Below are positions 32,669 to 64,000 of a stretch of DNA of 64,000 bases, piece after piece (position 1 is the stretch's first letter; every line of letters begins with the position of its first letter). The notes beneath the pieces are model-generated. The model did no database searches, was not told where the DNA came from, and saw only the letters and a list, made by a program, of their open reading frames with translations. The position numbers and the translations under genes are program-made. This DNA is from Phaeosaccion multiseriatum (lineage: Eukaryota > Protista > Ochrophyta, other classes), in contig OZ218955.1 in assembly GCA_965112735.1 (NCBI GenBank), positions 2,976,001 to 3,040,000 on the forward strand. Direction: 5' to 3'.

Positions 32669-34189
32669 TTACGGCCCGGGTGGGTGTATGAGGCTCTGGT
32701 TGGTGGGGTGGAGCCTCTCATCCTCGATGATCATCTGCCGGAGCTCAGCGTGGCGCATTTTCGGGTAGTGCGGTACGCGCTGAAAGGCCGCGGGAATCAT
32801 ACTCACCCCATCACTCTTGCTGAAGTGCAAGTAGCCACCCTCCTCGCGCTCGAATTCATTGCTTGTTTCGGGCCGATCCATCACACAGTCCACCATGAAG
32901 TCGACATCACCGACATTCAGTAACCCTAGTGGTTTCTCCATGGCCCCGTGCACCTGATGGCCGTACGTCAAGTACTTGTTGCGCATCACTTGGATGCTGC
33001 TAAAGTAGTTGTGGAGATGGAAGGCGCCGTACAAACCGTCACGTCCCTTCAGTTGGTGAGGGGGGTTGCTTCCTGTCATGCGGAAGTCTTGAGCAGTCCA
33101 CAGCGGCCACCCGCCCGTGCGATTCTTCTCCTCGCCCCAATCTGCTTTGCGTGCATCTCCCCAATACCCAGGCACGCGTGTCTGCGGGGCATGCTCTCTC
33201 TCGTCACCAATCCCATCAATGCATTCTCCGATGACAATGTCGGGATGATACCATCGTCGCCCCTCCATGACACACATGGGGCTTGATTCAATGATCAAGG
33301 TCGAGGCATGCAGCTTTGCGTCCTTGCAGCTTTGACCGGGACGAAACTGGGGAACGTCGCAAATTTGGAGTGCACGCAACAGGTCACGAGTCACCACTTC
33401 GTCCAAATCGCCCAAATAACCAATGTCTTCCGGTGTCATGCCATTCTCCTTCCATCGCTTTTCAATCCATGCTCGCTGGTCATTCTCTTGATTGTGCGCA
33501 CCAACTGCCTTCTTGGGTTGTCCTGGCTGGGCAGGTGGATCAACATAAACATCGACTGAAATGCGTGTGGTCGGTCCCCACATGCCACTTTGCAAAGTCT
33601 TCAGTTCCGTCGAGTCCGGTCCAAATCGAAGGTCACGCGGGTACCCGAGGATGGTCGTATTGCTTTCTACGAGCGCCGCCGTGTCGTAAATACCATATGC
33701 TTCCATGGCGTGCATTGCCATGATGTGCCACGAGTCGTCATTGACGAGGCTGCCCCAAAAGACCCGTCGTCGCGTGGTCCGATGATCCGTGCCAAGTTGC
33801 CAATTGTATCGTTCGCAGCGTTCCGCCTCCACGGCCCAGTCCAACTCCTCGTCCCACACAGGAAGATCCTGCACATGAAGTGCTGCAGTCAACAGAGCTT
33901 CAAGTGAAGGAGACATTTCGGAGGCGGCAAAGTCCAACGAGAGTGGTGGTGGTTCACCAGCAGGCTCCCCATCAGCAGCACCATTCTCCTTCTCGTTCTT
34001 CGGCTCTGCTGCTGGCTGAGGTATCGTCTCACTCGCACTTGACGCTGTGGTGTTGCCGCGAGCCGAGATAGCGACAACCTCGATCTCTTGAACCTCTACC
34101 ACTCGGGATACAGTGACGAGGAGGATGACTACAAATAGTCCAAGCCCCACGCCCAAAATGAGGCCCGATCTCCGCCTTTCTCCCTGCAT
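32669..34189 (-). CDS. Intronless type II membrane protein, GT17 (MGAT3/GnT-III)-like glycosyltransferase
   Basis: 506 aa. Short cytosolic N-tail, TM LILGVGLGLFVVILLV, stem region, then LVESNTT, QENDQRAWI, a DxD-type DIGYLGDLDEV and C-terminal FHLHNYFSSIQVMRNKYLTYGH, resembling the motif order of the GT17 family. Confidence 0.65.
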   Translation of the reverse strand: MQGERRRSGLILGVGLGLFVVILLVTVSRVVEVQEIEVVAISARGNTTASSASETIPQPAAEPKNEKENGAADGEPAGEPPPLSLDFAASEMSPSLEALLTAALHVQDLPVWDEELDWAVEAERCERYNWQLGTDHRTTRRRVFWGSLVNDDSWHIMAMHAMEAYGIYDTAALVESNTTILGYPRDLRFGPDSTELKTLQSGMWGPTTRISVDVYVDPPAQPGQPKKAVGAHNQENDQRAWIEKRWKENGMTPEDIGYLGDLDEVVTRDLLRALQICDVPQFRPGQSCKDAKLHASTLIIESSPMCVMEGRRWYHPDIVIGECIDGIGDEREHAPQTRVPGYWGDARKADWGEEKNRTGGWPLWTAQDFRMTGSNPPHQLKGRDGLYGAFHLHNYFSSIQVMRNKYLTYGHQVHGAMEKPLGLLNVGDVDFMVDCVMDRPETSNEFEREEGGYLHFSKSDGVSMIPAAFQRVPHYPKMRHAELRQMIIEDERLHPTNQSLIHPPGP

Positions 34190-34259
34190 GATGAAACTAC
34201 TGATGCGCGATTGCGAGCTCCGCAGGAAAGGCTGGAAGGGTTGGAGGAAAGGGAGAGAG

Positions 34260-34262
<3 letters not shown>

Positions 34263-34291
<29 letters not shown>
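34263..34291. repeat. Poly(dA:dT) tract (29 bp) just upstream of the glycosyltransferase start
   Basis: Uninterrupted A run ~75 bp 5' of the minus-strand ATG at 34189. Confidence 0.9.
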
Positions 34292-34293
<2 letters not shown>

Positions 34294-34497
34294 TTCCTAT
34301 ATGCCTCTAAATTATACAACTGTGGAAGGGGGGCAGGAGGCCCGAAAAAAAGGGGTGGTCCACATCTCTGACAGGCCAAGCAAGCTGTCCGGCTCTCTCT
34401 GTTGGGCCGAAGCGTGGGCCAAACCTCCTGCCCCGAGTGTGGGCGCTTGCCGCATTCAATGTGCGTGGCACGACTACTAGTACTGCTGCTGCTGCTG

Positions 34498-35857
34498 CTA
34501 CTGCCCCTGGCCTGGCGTCTCGAAGGGAAGGTCTAGCAATCCCCTTCGGAGCTCCTGCAACCCCTCTCGCTCCTCAAAGTCCAGCAGGGTAAGCGTGCAG
34601 CCCAGCTCCTTTAGTTTGGGGTCGCTGAGGCTGGAGCGAAGCCCAACCACCCCTGCTGCCTTGGCCGCCACAGCGGACCTCACCCCCGATGGAGAGTCTT
34701 CGAACACGACCGTCCTCGCCAGGGAGACCTGCGTGTGATTGGGACGAAGGGCGGTGATGCAATGGGCCCTTTGGTCAGGGACTGGGTGTACTCCGTTGCA
34801 CTTCTTGTACAGACCCACACACATCCTTTCACAAGACGCCGCAAAGTGAACCTACCCCCTCCACCCTTCACCCCTTCCTCCTCGCCGTCACGGACACCTG
34901 TCTTCCTCTCTGACCACGCACGCACCTGCATGAGTTCTGCAGCGCGGAGGTAGGGGTGTGGTGCCGGCTTGCCCTTGTCACACTCGTCCCCAATCACCAG
35001 CACCTCGAACAAGTCTGCACAGCCCAGCGACGCAAGCACCGCCTCCGCTGTGAGTCGAGCGGCATTCGTGACACAGCCCATGCGGTAGCCCTGCTTGCGG
35101 CACAGCTGCAAGAAGGCCACTGCGCCAGGCACTTCGTCTACCCTTCCCTGAGTCACGTACTCCCGAAAGAGACCCTCCTTCGTGTCCGCCAAGCGCTGTG
35201 TCTCCTCGGGCGTGATGCCCGGGAGGAAGGCCGCGAAAATGTCTGCAGATTGTTGTTGTTTGGATGATGATTGAGACGAAGATGGGTAGACAAGTAACAG
35301 GCGCATGTGCAAGCCACACGAAAGAAAGCGAGAGGTAGGTCAGAGTTGGGGGGTTTAAAGATAGGCGGGACAACCTCGGCGCGTGGCCATACACCTGTGC
35401 GGCCAGAGAAAACGACGGGAGGGGGAGCGGAGAGGGAGGGTGGACGCATGACATGGCTCCTAAAGCCGTAAAGCCAGAGATAATGCACCCGCCAGGGAAG
35501 GCGCAACCTGCCTGAATTGTGTTGGCCTCGAACCTTCTTGCCGTACGTCTCGGGCGTGAGGGGCTCCATGCCCTCAACCTCTTGGGACAGCACTCGAGTG
35601 AACACCTCCATGTCACACGCCTCGCTGTTGCTGAGAGTGCCGTCCATGTCGAACAGCAGAGTTGTTACGAGCCTCTCCCCCACTCCAGGAGCAGTCGAAG
35701 AACAATCGTCTGCCAGCCGAATCGCAGTCGTTGCACGGTGCGTCTCCATTTTCTCTGTCCCCCTCTCGCTCCTTCTCTCGTAGCGGAGGGTGGAAGGCTG
35801 GAACGCAGTACCGCTCGAGCAGAGGCCGCTCAGCAGCAGGAGCAAACAGGCTCTCAT
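34498..35857 (-). CDS. HAD-superfamily (IA, Sgpp/CbbY-like) sugar phosphatase, plastid-targeted. Exons 35857-35512, 35242-34926, 34728-34498
   Basis: Signal peptide MRACLLLLLSGLCSSG followed by TAFQP; HAD motif I LLFDMDGTL, motif II CVTNA, motif III KGKPAPHPY, motif IV VVFEDSPSGV. Intron 1 needs a GC donor to keep the frame (GQHNS|DIF). Confidence 0.92.
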
Positions 35858-36142
35858 CTACGTGCCGCGACTTCGCTCATTCCTCGGCTCAGCCGTAGAT
35901 CATGCCGTCGGTGGGTGACTGAGTCCTGGGGAAATATGAGAGTTGGTACATCAGGACTCAACAGGTTGTCTTTCCCCCCCATTCCCCCTTCTCCACTTTC
36001 AGTTTCTTAGGTGATTCCTATTAAGTCAATAAAGTTCTTCCCCCTTCTCCAAACCGTCGTTCTTCTTCCTTCCCCTCTTTATCAGAAGATCTTCCAGAGA
36101 GAGTGAAAATGTAAATCTGTGCAGCAGCAAGCGCCGGGAGCA

Positions 36143-39100
36143 ATGGCTGCTGGCAAGGCTGAAGAGCTCCTGCACTGTCTCCAGCCGATGAATCTGGATG
36201 GTGCTACTTGTGGAGCTTCTTTGGTGACCTCTTCAAGAGGGACGCCTCTCCTCCCGCCCCCTCTTGCATCCCCAGCCCCCTTCACTCGCCAGGCTCCCGG
36301 CTTTGACCTACGCACGCTGAGAAAGCAAGTCTTACTGCTGCAAACCCACCTTCAGCAACGCTTGGAGTACCTGGAAGCAGTGGGCAGGCATGATAAGGAG
36401 GTGTGGCAGCAGCTGGAAAGGACCAAGGCCAACAATGATGCCAGTGTCTCTGCCACCAAGTCTGGCCTGGCGCACAAGTGGGCCCGCTTGAGGCAGCTCC
36501 GGGCGACCTCCGCAGAGTACCGGGATGCCGTGGTGGCAGCCAAGGTGAGTGTTTGTGTTTGAAGTGCTCTAACCCTGACCCGTTTGCCATCTCCACGAGA
36601 CAAGACAAAACGAGGTCCACCCCCCCACCCCCCTGTCTGAGTGACGAGGGGAGGGAAAACAGCTTCGCAGCAGAGGGCGAAACTGAGAGAGGGGGATGGG
36701 GGTGGTGGTGTTGGGGCTGCTGTCCTGTGCTGTGACATCGACGAACAGAAAAGGGTGGGGGGCGTTGTATCCCGATCCTCCGACTCGCCGCCTCAACTGC
36801 CGCTCTCCGAATTCTGCTCTGTTGTTTCCCCCTTCTTTCCTCCATGGGTTTGTGTGTATGGATTGGGCCATTTGTTCGCTACCAGGCGGCAAAGGACTCT
36901 CTCTCGAGCCTGGATGCAGAGGTGCGGTCCACGAAACTGAAACTGTGTGAAGTCACATGCCGTCGAGAGGGCATACAAGGTGAACTCTCGGCAGCGCTGA
37001 GCGGTAACGACAAGGCGCAGGCGTCGCTCGACCTCCTCGTGGGGCGACTTGCCCAAGTGAGGGAGGGAGACGCCCTTGTGACCGCATGGGAGGGGCTGGA
37101 GACAGCCGAGGCCGAGGCGGAGAGACGGGCGAGGTCTAGTAACTGTAAAGGGCTTCGGCACGCATGGGAAGGGCTGGTGGAGGCTTATCGGCGCTCGGTG
37201 GATGGGAGGAGCAAGGCAGCTCAGTGGCGGGAGGAAATTAGACTCCGCCGCCTGGCGAGGGGATGGGCGCACTGGCGAGGGCACTTTCTCCTGGAGGGGA
37301 GAGGGGCGGAGCTGCGTAGACGCGTGACCCGGCGGATCGAGCAGGAGACGCTTCTGCGGTGGAAGGTGTGGGGGGCTATGGCGCGGCTCTTCAAGCGCAA
37401 GAGGAGAGAGCGGCTGCTGCGAGTGGGCTGGGCACAAGTGATGCTTGTCGGGAAGGACAAGCGAAGGGACAAGGCCGCCAAAGTAGGGGAGGCGAGGCTC
37501 TTACAGCGAGTGTGTTTCCGAGCCTGGAGGGTGTGGCTGTCGCGCTCCCTCCTCACTCCTTCAGAGCTCCATATGGGGGAAAAGGGGGCCCTTACCCACT
37601 TTCTGGGGTCGATGTTTCGCCGCTGGCGCCGAGCGTCTCAAGCGGCAGCGGCGGCACGAGCGGCAGCAGTTGGTGATACAGGGGCGGTAGGGCGAGCTTC
37701 TCCGCAGACGAGACTGGGGAGGAGCAGAGCGAGGGCCGCGCATCAAAAAGGGGCAGCTGCCGGGGGCTCTTCTTCTTCTGGGCAGTGCAGTCTCCCGCAG
37801 CGGCGGCGATTGGACGAGGGGATGGATAGAGCGGTAGCGGATGCATTGCTTGTCCTCCGCACGAGAGAGGGAAGGTCTGGCTTTGAAGCTAACGATGACG
37901 ACGACGAAGACGACGAGAAGGAAGGGGAGGAGGAGGAGGAGGAGGAGGAGGAGACAGCAGTCTTCCTTGCGGTAGATCGCTGGAGAAGACGGTCCTTGCA
38001 GCAATGGGGTGCAGGGCAGTGGATGGAGCACTTTCGCGCGTGCTTGGGGGTGGAGATTGGGGTGCTCAGAGCCTTACAGCACCACCGCACTGTGTCCTTC
38101 CGACGGGTGCGGGAGCGATGGTGGGGCGGGCGGTGTAGAGGGGGGAGGAGACGGAGGGGAGAGGAGGAGGGAGAGGAAGAGGGGGAAAGGGGTAGCTCGG
38201 TACTTGGCCGCTCATCGGTATCGGTTTTGTCACCGGCGTGGCCGCTACCAATGAAGGATGTCCGCGTCCTCAGAGAGGCCGCGGCGTCCTGGGAGGTGGA
38301 GAGGGGCTTCGGGTTGGTGCTGAGGCGGCGAAGGCAGCGCGGAGCTCGGGACGCGCTGCAGCGTTGGCGACGGCGTGCTGAGCGGATTCGAAGAGGAAGG
38401 GCCCTGGTCTCACAGTTGGCGAGGAGAGCGGAGATGCGGTTGAAGGGGACGGCGTGGGTAGGGTGGGTGCGCAGCTTGGGACAAGAAGATAGAGACGCGG
38501 CAAGGAAGGAGGAGATGACTCTTTTGAAGAGAAGGCTGGAGCTGGGAGAGGAGGAGAAGGAGACCGCAGAGCAAGAGGCAGCATGGCGAGAGCTTGCGCA
38601 AACCGTGGAGAGAGAGAGGGCAGGGGTGGAGGAAATGACCGCGCTTTGTCACAAACAGGAAGCAGAGCTCCTCCCGGCGCTGCGGAGGGACGTGGAGAAG
38701 GCTCAGTTGGAAGTGAAGCAGTTGGGAGGGGAGAAGCGAAGGACACACACGCGCCTGCGAGCCAAGCAACGTGAAGCCAAGCAGTTGGGGGACATTTGGC
38801 ACACACACGTGGTGGAAAGGAACGAACGCTTGGTCGCTGAGAGGGAGAGGAAGACCGCCCAGATGGCGCAGCTGTCCCAACGACTGAGGCGGAGAAAGAC
38901 CACCCTGGACAAGGCTCGAGAGGAGGCGCTTGCCAAGGCCCGACGAGCAGGCAAGGCCCTGCAGAGACGTCGCGCGAAGGACGATGCGACTCTACGCCGC
39001 GCTGAGGAGGCGGGTCAGCGCTATCAGCAGCTGCTGCAGGAGAAGGAGGAGGGGCTGCAGGAGGTGGAGGAGAGGAGGCAATCGCTGGGGATGGCAGTGG

Positions 39101-40432
39101 ACGAGGCCGACAGGGAGGCTTTGCAATGCGCCAGTGAGGGGGCCGAGCGCCAGGTGAGTGAGCCGAGCGAGCACTGAAGTACTCATTTAAACTTACTGTT
39201 TTGACGTCTCTTCCGGGTGGGAGATGGCGGCAGGGAAGACTTGACTGACTGAGGCCAAGACATTCCGATAGTTCACGTGTGAGTACGTCTGATGTGCGTG
39301 TGTGCGCGTGTTTTCTGCGTACGTGACTCGATTTCACTCTGATTCGTTTCCTTCTTTTTTTGTGTGTGTGGTCCTATGTAATACTATGTAATATTGCACA
39401 AACCCGTTCCGTCTGCAGGCGGCGCTGGACGGCCTTGTGCGATCCGCACAGAGCGAGCACAGCGTCCTGACACTCAACATCCGCCAGGCAGAGGCAAGGG
39501 CGGAGGAGGCAGACAGGCTCGTGGGGGAGAAAGAGGAGGAGCTCAGGCGTCTGCGGGGCAGAGTCCGGGACAAGACCCACTACGCTGCTGCTGTCGGTGC
39601 TGCTGCTACTCCTGCTGCTTCCTTTTGTGCTTCCCCTGCTCCGTGCGGCTCGGTGACAGGGTCTGGGTCTGATGCCGAGGAGCCTCAGAACGAGGGGGTG
39701 GCGTGGGAAGGAGGAGGAGGAGGAGGAGGAGGAGGAGGAGGAGGGGGCTTAGGGGAAGGAAGGAGGGTGGAGGCCGCAGTTCAAGCTCATGAATCATCTC
39801 GACCTCCTCGCTCCCCCCTCCCCCCGGGAGACGGAGAAGGCATGACGAAGTCGAGGGGGGCGGGACCCTACGGAAGCACAATCTCTCTCTTCGACCAGGC
39901 AGGGACTTCGTCTTGTTCTCTGTCTCCCTCAGCGGCTCCTCCTCATCATCTGGCCGGCCACGAGGGGCAGGTCTCCTCCTCGTTGTCCTCCTCCTCCTCC
40001 TCCTCCTCCTCCGCCTCCTCCTCTACCTCGCCTTCTCCTCCCTACACCACCCACCACGACCATCACCACCACCACATCCACCACCGCGTGCGACCTCTAC
40101 TTCGCGGTGGAGGTGGACATGCGGCCGAGCAAAATGAGCCGGCGGTCCTGCTCCCAACGACGTTTTATGCCCGTTACGGAGAGGACAGCGAGGAAGGTAT
40201 GCACAGTAGCAGCAACGCCTCTTGGGAGGAGGAGGACCCCCCCCCCCCCCCTACTGCTGCTGCTAGTGGTGGTGGTGGTGATGCTGATGTATCACCAACT
40301 GCTACTGCAGCCGCGACAGCCGCCCTCGAGCTGGAGCCCCCCGGGGGAGAGCGCTTCTTTGAGAGCCTTGAAGAGAGCATCAGCAGCCTCCAGGGCCGCC
40401 TCGCCAAGCGGGCAGCGCCACTAAGTCAGTGA
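36143..40432 (+). CDS. Long coiled-coil protein with Trp-periodic Sfi1/POC5-like (centrin-binding type) repeats. Exons 36143-36544, 36886-39153, 39419-40432
   Basis: Phase-0 GT-AG joins give one frame with heptad-rich segments and motifs RGWAHW, WKVW, CFRAWRVW, MFRRWRR, ALQRWRRR, TAWVGW. The family assignment is inference. Confidence 0.65.
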
Positions 40433-40715
40433 GTAGGGAGGAGAGGGCCATATACCATATACCATAGCAGCGGAACAGCGGTACGCGTAGCAGGGGTAAA
40501 GGACTGAGGGGCGGACAATCACTTGCCTCTGATAGATTTAAGATTGAATGATGCGATATGAAAATACATGTAAATCCGTTTACTAATTCCTCTCTCTATC
40601 TATGTGTGTATCACACTACTCGACGCTCTACCTCTTACTTTTGTACAGTTGCTTCTCTCAAATTGACCACTTGGCATCTACAGAAGGCGCGGGGAACGGA
40701 GTGCAACGATCACCT

Positions 40716-41387
40716 TCACATCAAGCTATCCCACAACTCTGTGCCGCCGCCAATTTCCCCCCCCCCTGCTCCTCCTTCTCCTCCTCCTCCGGCAGCTGCA
40801 CCCGCCTGCTGCCCCCCATATGACTGCCGCTGCCGCTGCTGCTGCTGCTGCTGCTGCCCATATGACTGCCGTTGTTGACTTTGCGGTCCATATGACAGCA
40901 TAGAAGCCTGCCTCCCCGACCTGTGCCCACGGGAGTGTGCCCGCTGCGCTGCTCCTGCTCTTGCGCCAGAGAAAATGCCGTCGAAATCGGAGGAAGAGGA
41001 CGGGAGTGCACCCTCGTCGGCGCCTCCCCTCGCTCCTGGATACATGCTTCTACTGCCCCCCAGCCCTCCTCCCCTTGGTGGATACGGCTGCCCCTGCCCC
41101 TGCCCCGCCCCTGCCAGCGCCATTACCGCAGACCCCGCCACACCGCCCACCAGCCGCCGATGGACACTTCGTGCCAGTTTGGAGAGCAAGTAGGCCAGCA
41201 CCACCACGCCACATATTCGAATCACCTTCAACCGACTCAGCCTCTTGCGCTCCTCCTCCTCCGTGGGGGGTGGCTCGCCATGCCGTGGATGGCCGGGGGG
41301 GAACTCTCTCCAGGGCTGCAAGTGGGAGAGGGCGACGCCCATGTGCTCCAAGAACCCCATCATGTTGTTGAAAAAGAAACCTGGGCC

Positions 41388-41425
<38 letters not shown>

Positions 41426-42574
41426 CCAAACGTGTAAGAAGAAGCAGGCGGAGGCGGAGGAGGAGGAGAAGAAGGAGGAGAAGAAGAAGAAGGAGAAGAA
41501 GAAGAAGAAGAAGAAGAAGAAGAAGAAGAAGAAGAAGAAGAAGAAGAACAACAAACAACAAGACATGAGGAGGCCAAGAGGCGAGCGCGAGGTGCAGGAG
41601 GAGAGGCGCGCGCGCGCGTGTGTGTGTGCGTCTAAGGAGGCCTGCCTTGAACGAAGCGACCCGTTCGAAAGGTAGTTAGACAGAACGTAGGTCACTGGGA
41701 ATTCAAAGACAGACAGGGCCCCGCAACGTCCCTTCCTTTCAACATCGCACAGCACACAGTATAGAGAACGAACGCTGAGAACGACAACACCCAATAATGC
41801 CACCTCCACCAAGACCACCCCCTCTCCATGAAGAACCAAACGCTAACCATAACCATATGCAAACATGCCCCGTGACACACCTATTGCTTGGGTGTTCATG
41901 CCCAGCATCTGCGTAATGTAGCCCAGCGAGGAGGTGAAGTTCTGGATGCCGTGCAGCCAGCCCATCTCTGGGCCGCCCTGTCCCCCCATCCCCATGCCTC
42001 CATACCCCATCCCCCCGTAGCCTCCCATGCCTCCATAGGACCCGTAGCCCCCGTAGCCTCCCATACCATAGCTGCCCATGCCGCCATAGCCACTCCCCAT
42101 GCCGTAGCTTCCCATACCTCCATAGCTACTGCCCCCCATCCCGCCATAACCTCCGCCGTACGTGGAGCCTCCGTATCTACCTGTAGCTCCGTACAGTCCT
42201 CCTGCCGTTGTCCCGTACTGTTGACTCTGCTGTCCATACCGCTGGCTTTGCTGTTGGACGGACTCGTCTTGAAGGCTGGATGATGCTCCTGCTGCCGTGG
42301 CCGAGGTTGTGCCACTTCCCGCAGTAGTGGCAGCAGCATTAGATGCGTGCATCGCAGCCGCTCCGGCTGCCGCTGCACCAGCTACCCCTGCTGCAACTGC
42401 AGTTGGTGCTCCTGCTGCTGCTGTTGGTGCCCCTCCTCCGCCGCCAACCCCCCCGCCCACACCTCCAGCAGTAGAGCTGTACCGCCTCTGCTGCTGAAGG
42501 GCGGCTCCATCCCACGGTTTGGGCGGCGATGGGCCCGACGCACTCGGCTCCAAGGCTCTAGGTTGGGGAGGCAT
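40716..42574 (-). CDS. PEX13: Peroxisomal membrane protein PEX13-like (plant-type, no SH3 visible). Exons 42574-41881, 41380-40716
   Basis: N-terminal PPKPWD, long YG/GM-rich tract (YGGMGSYGMG...), amphipathic WLHGIQNFTSSLGYITQMLGMNTQAI|GFFFNNMMGFLEHMG and a TM segment VIRICGVVVLAYLL. Confidence 0.8.
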
Positions 42575-42885
42575 TATGAGGTGTTCTTCCCCCCTTACTC
42601 TTTTGTGTACCCGATCACTCCTCCCATCACATTGAGAAGCCCCCCAGCCTTCTCCTCGTCACCACCAAACTTCAAACATGTCTTTCTCTCTTCTTCCTCC
42701 CCTATCCCCCTCTACTTGTGCGAACAACCAGGGGGGCTGATTTGGAAGCCTATGGGGATGCATAATTATGTCAATTAAATGAACTTCCCGCTTGCTTTCC
42801 TTCTTTCATAAATCCGGGAGAACAGCATGATAGAGCGGTAGCAACAGCGGTTGCAATAGGGAATCGCAGCTGGTTTCTCCCGAAG
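42575..42885. promoter_or_regulatory. Putative bidirectional promoter (PEX13 / VPS13)
   Basis: Divergent ATGs 311 bp apart with an AT-rich core (cataattatgtcaattaaatg); inferred from geometry. Confidence 0.45.

Positions 42886-64000
<21,115 letters not shown>

Noticed and set aside
34263-34291. Poly(A) as a retrocopy tail of the intronless glycosyltransferase
   Set aside because: It lies upstream of that gene and reads as poly(T) on its sense strand; no target-site duplication is seen.
24500-34300. Intact transposon or endogenous virus
   Set aside because: No transposase, reverse transcriptase, integrase, capsid, packaging ATPase or terminal repeats could be recognised.

Overview
This is eukaryotic nuclear DNA, GC-rich and dense in microsatellites. 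It is probably from a photosynthetic stramenopile (ochrophyte): two genes carry signal peptide + ASAFAP-like plastid-targeting motifs, and the (GGGA)n/(CCCT)n introns are eustigmatophyte-like (inference). Most ORF-track entries are repeat or antisense artefacts. Splicing the sequence by hand gives ten genes. (1) Plastid serine acetyltransferase (-, 5' part only). (2) Membrane-anchored RanBP2-zinc-finger/HECT E3 ligase (+). (3) RAD50 (-). (4-6) An intronless, microsatellite-poor island at ~24.5-34.3 kb with an ankyrin/BTB-like gene, a second ankyrin gene with fresh 99-bp repeats and a GT17-like glycosyltransferase; the island also holds a frameshifted pseudogene of the ankyrin/BTB gene. (7) Plastid HAD phosphatase with a GC-AG intron (-). 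(8) Sfi1-like coiled-coil protein (+). (9) PEX13-like protein (-). (10) A very large VPS13-like gene with an N-terminal hydrophobic anchor and EF-hands, running off the right end (+). The most striking unexplained signal is a set of short non-microsatellite DNA words (CAGTTGGTGATACAG, GGATGGCAGTGGATGG and others). They recur dozens of times on both strands, in introns and in several reading frames of exons, and one of them is polarised within introns. I did not see them in the intronless island. A perfect 45-bp inverted repeat lies in a putative VPS13 exon.
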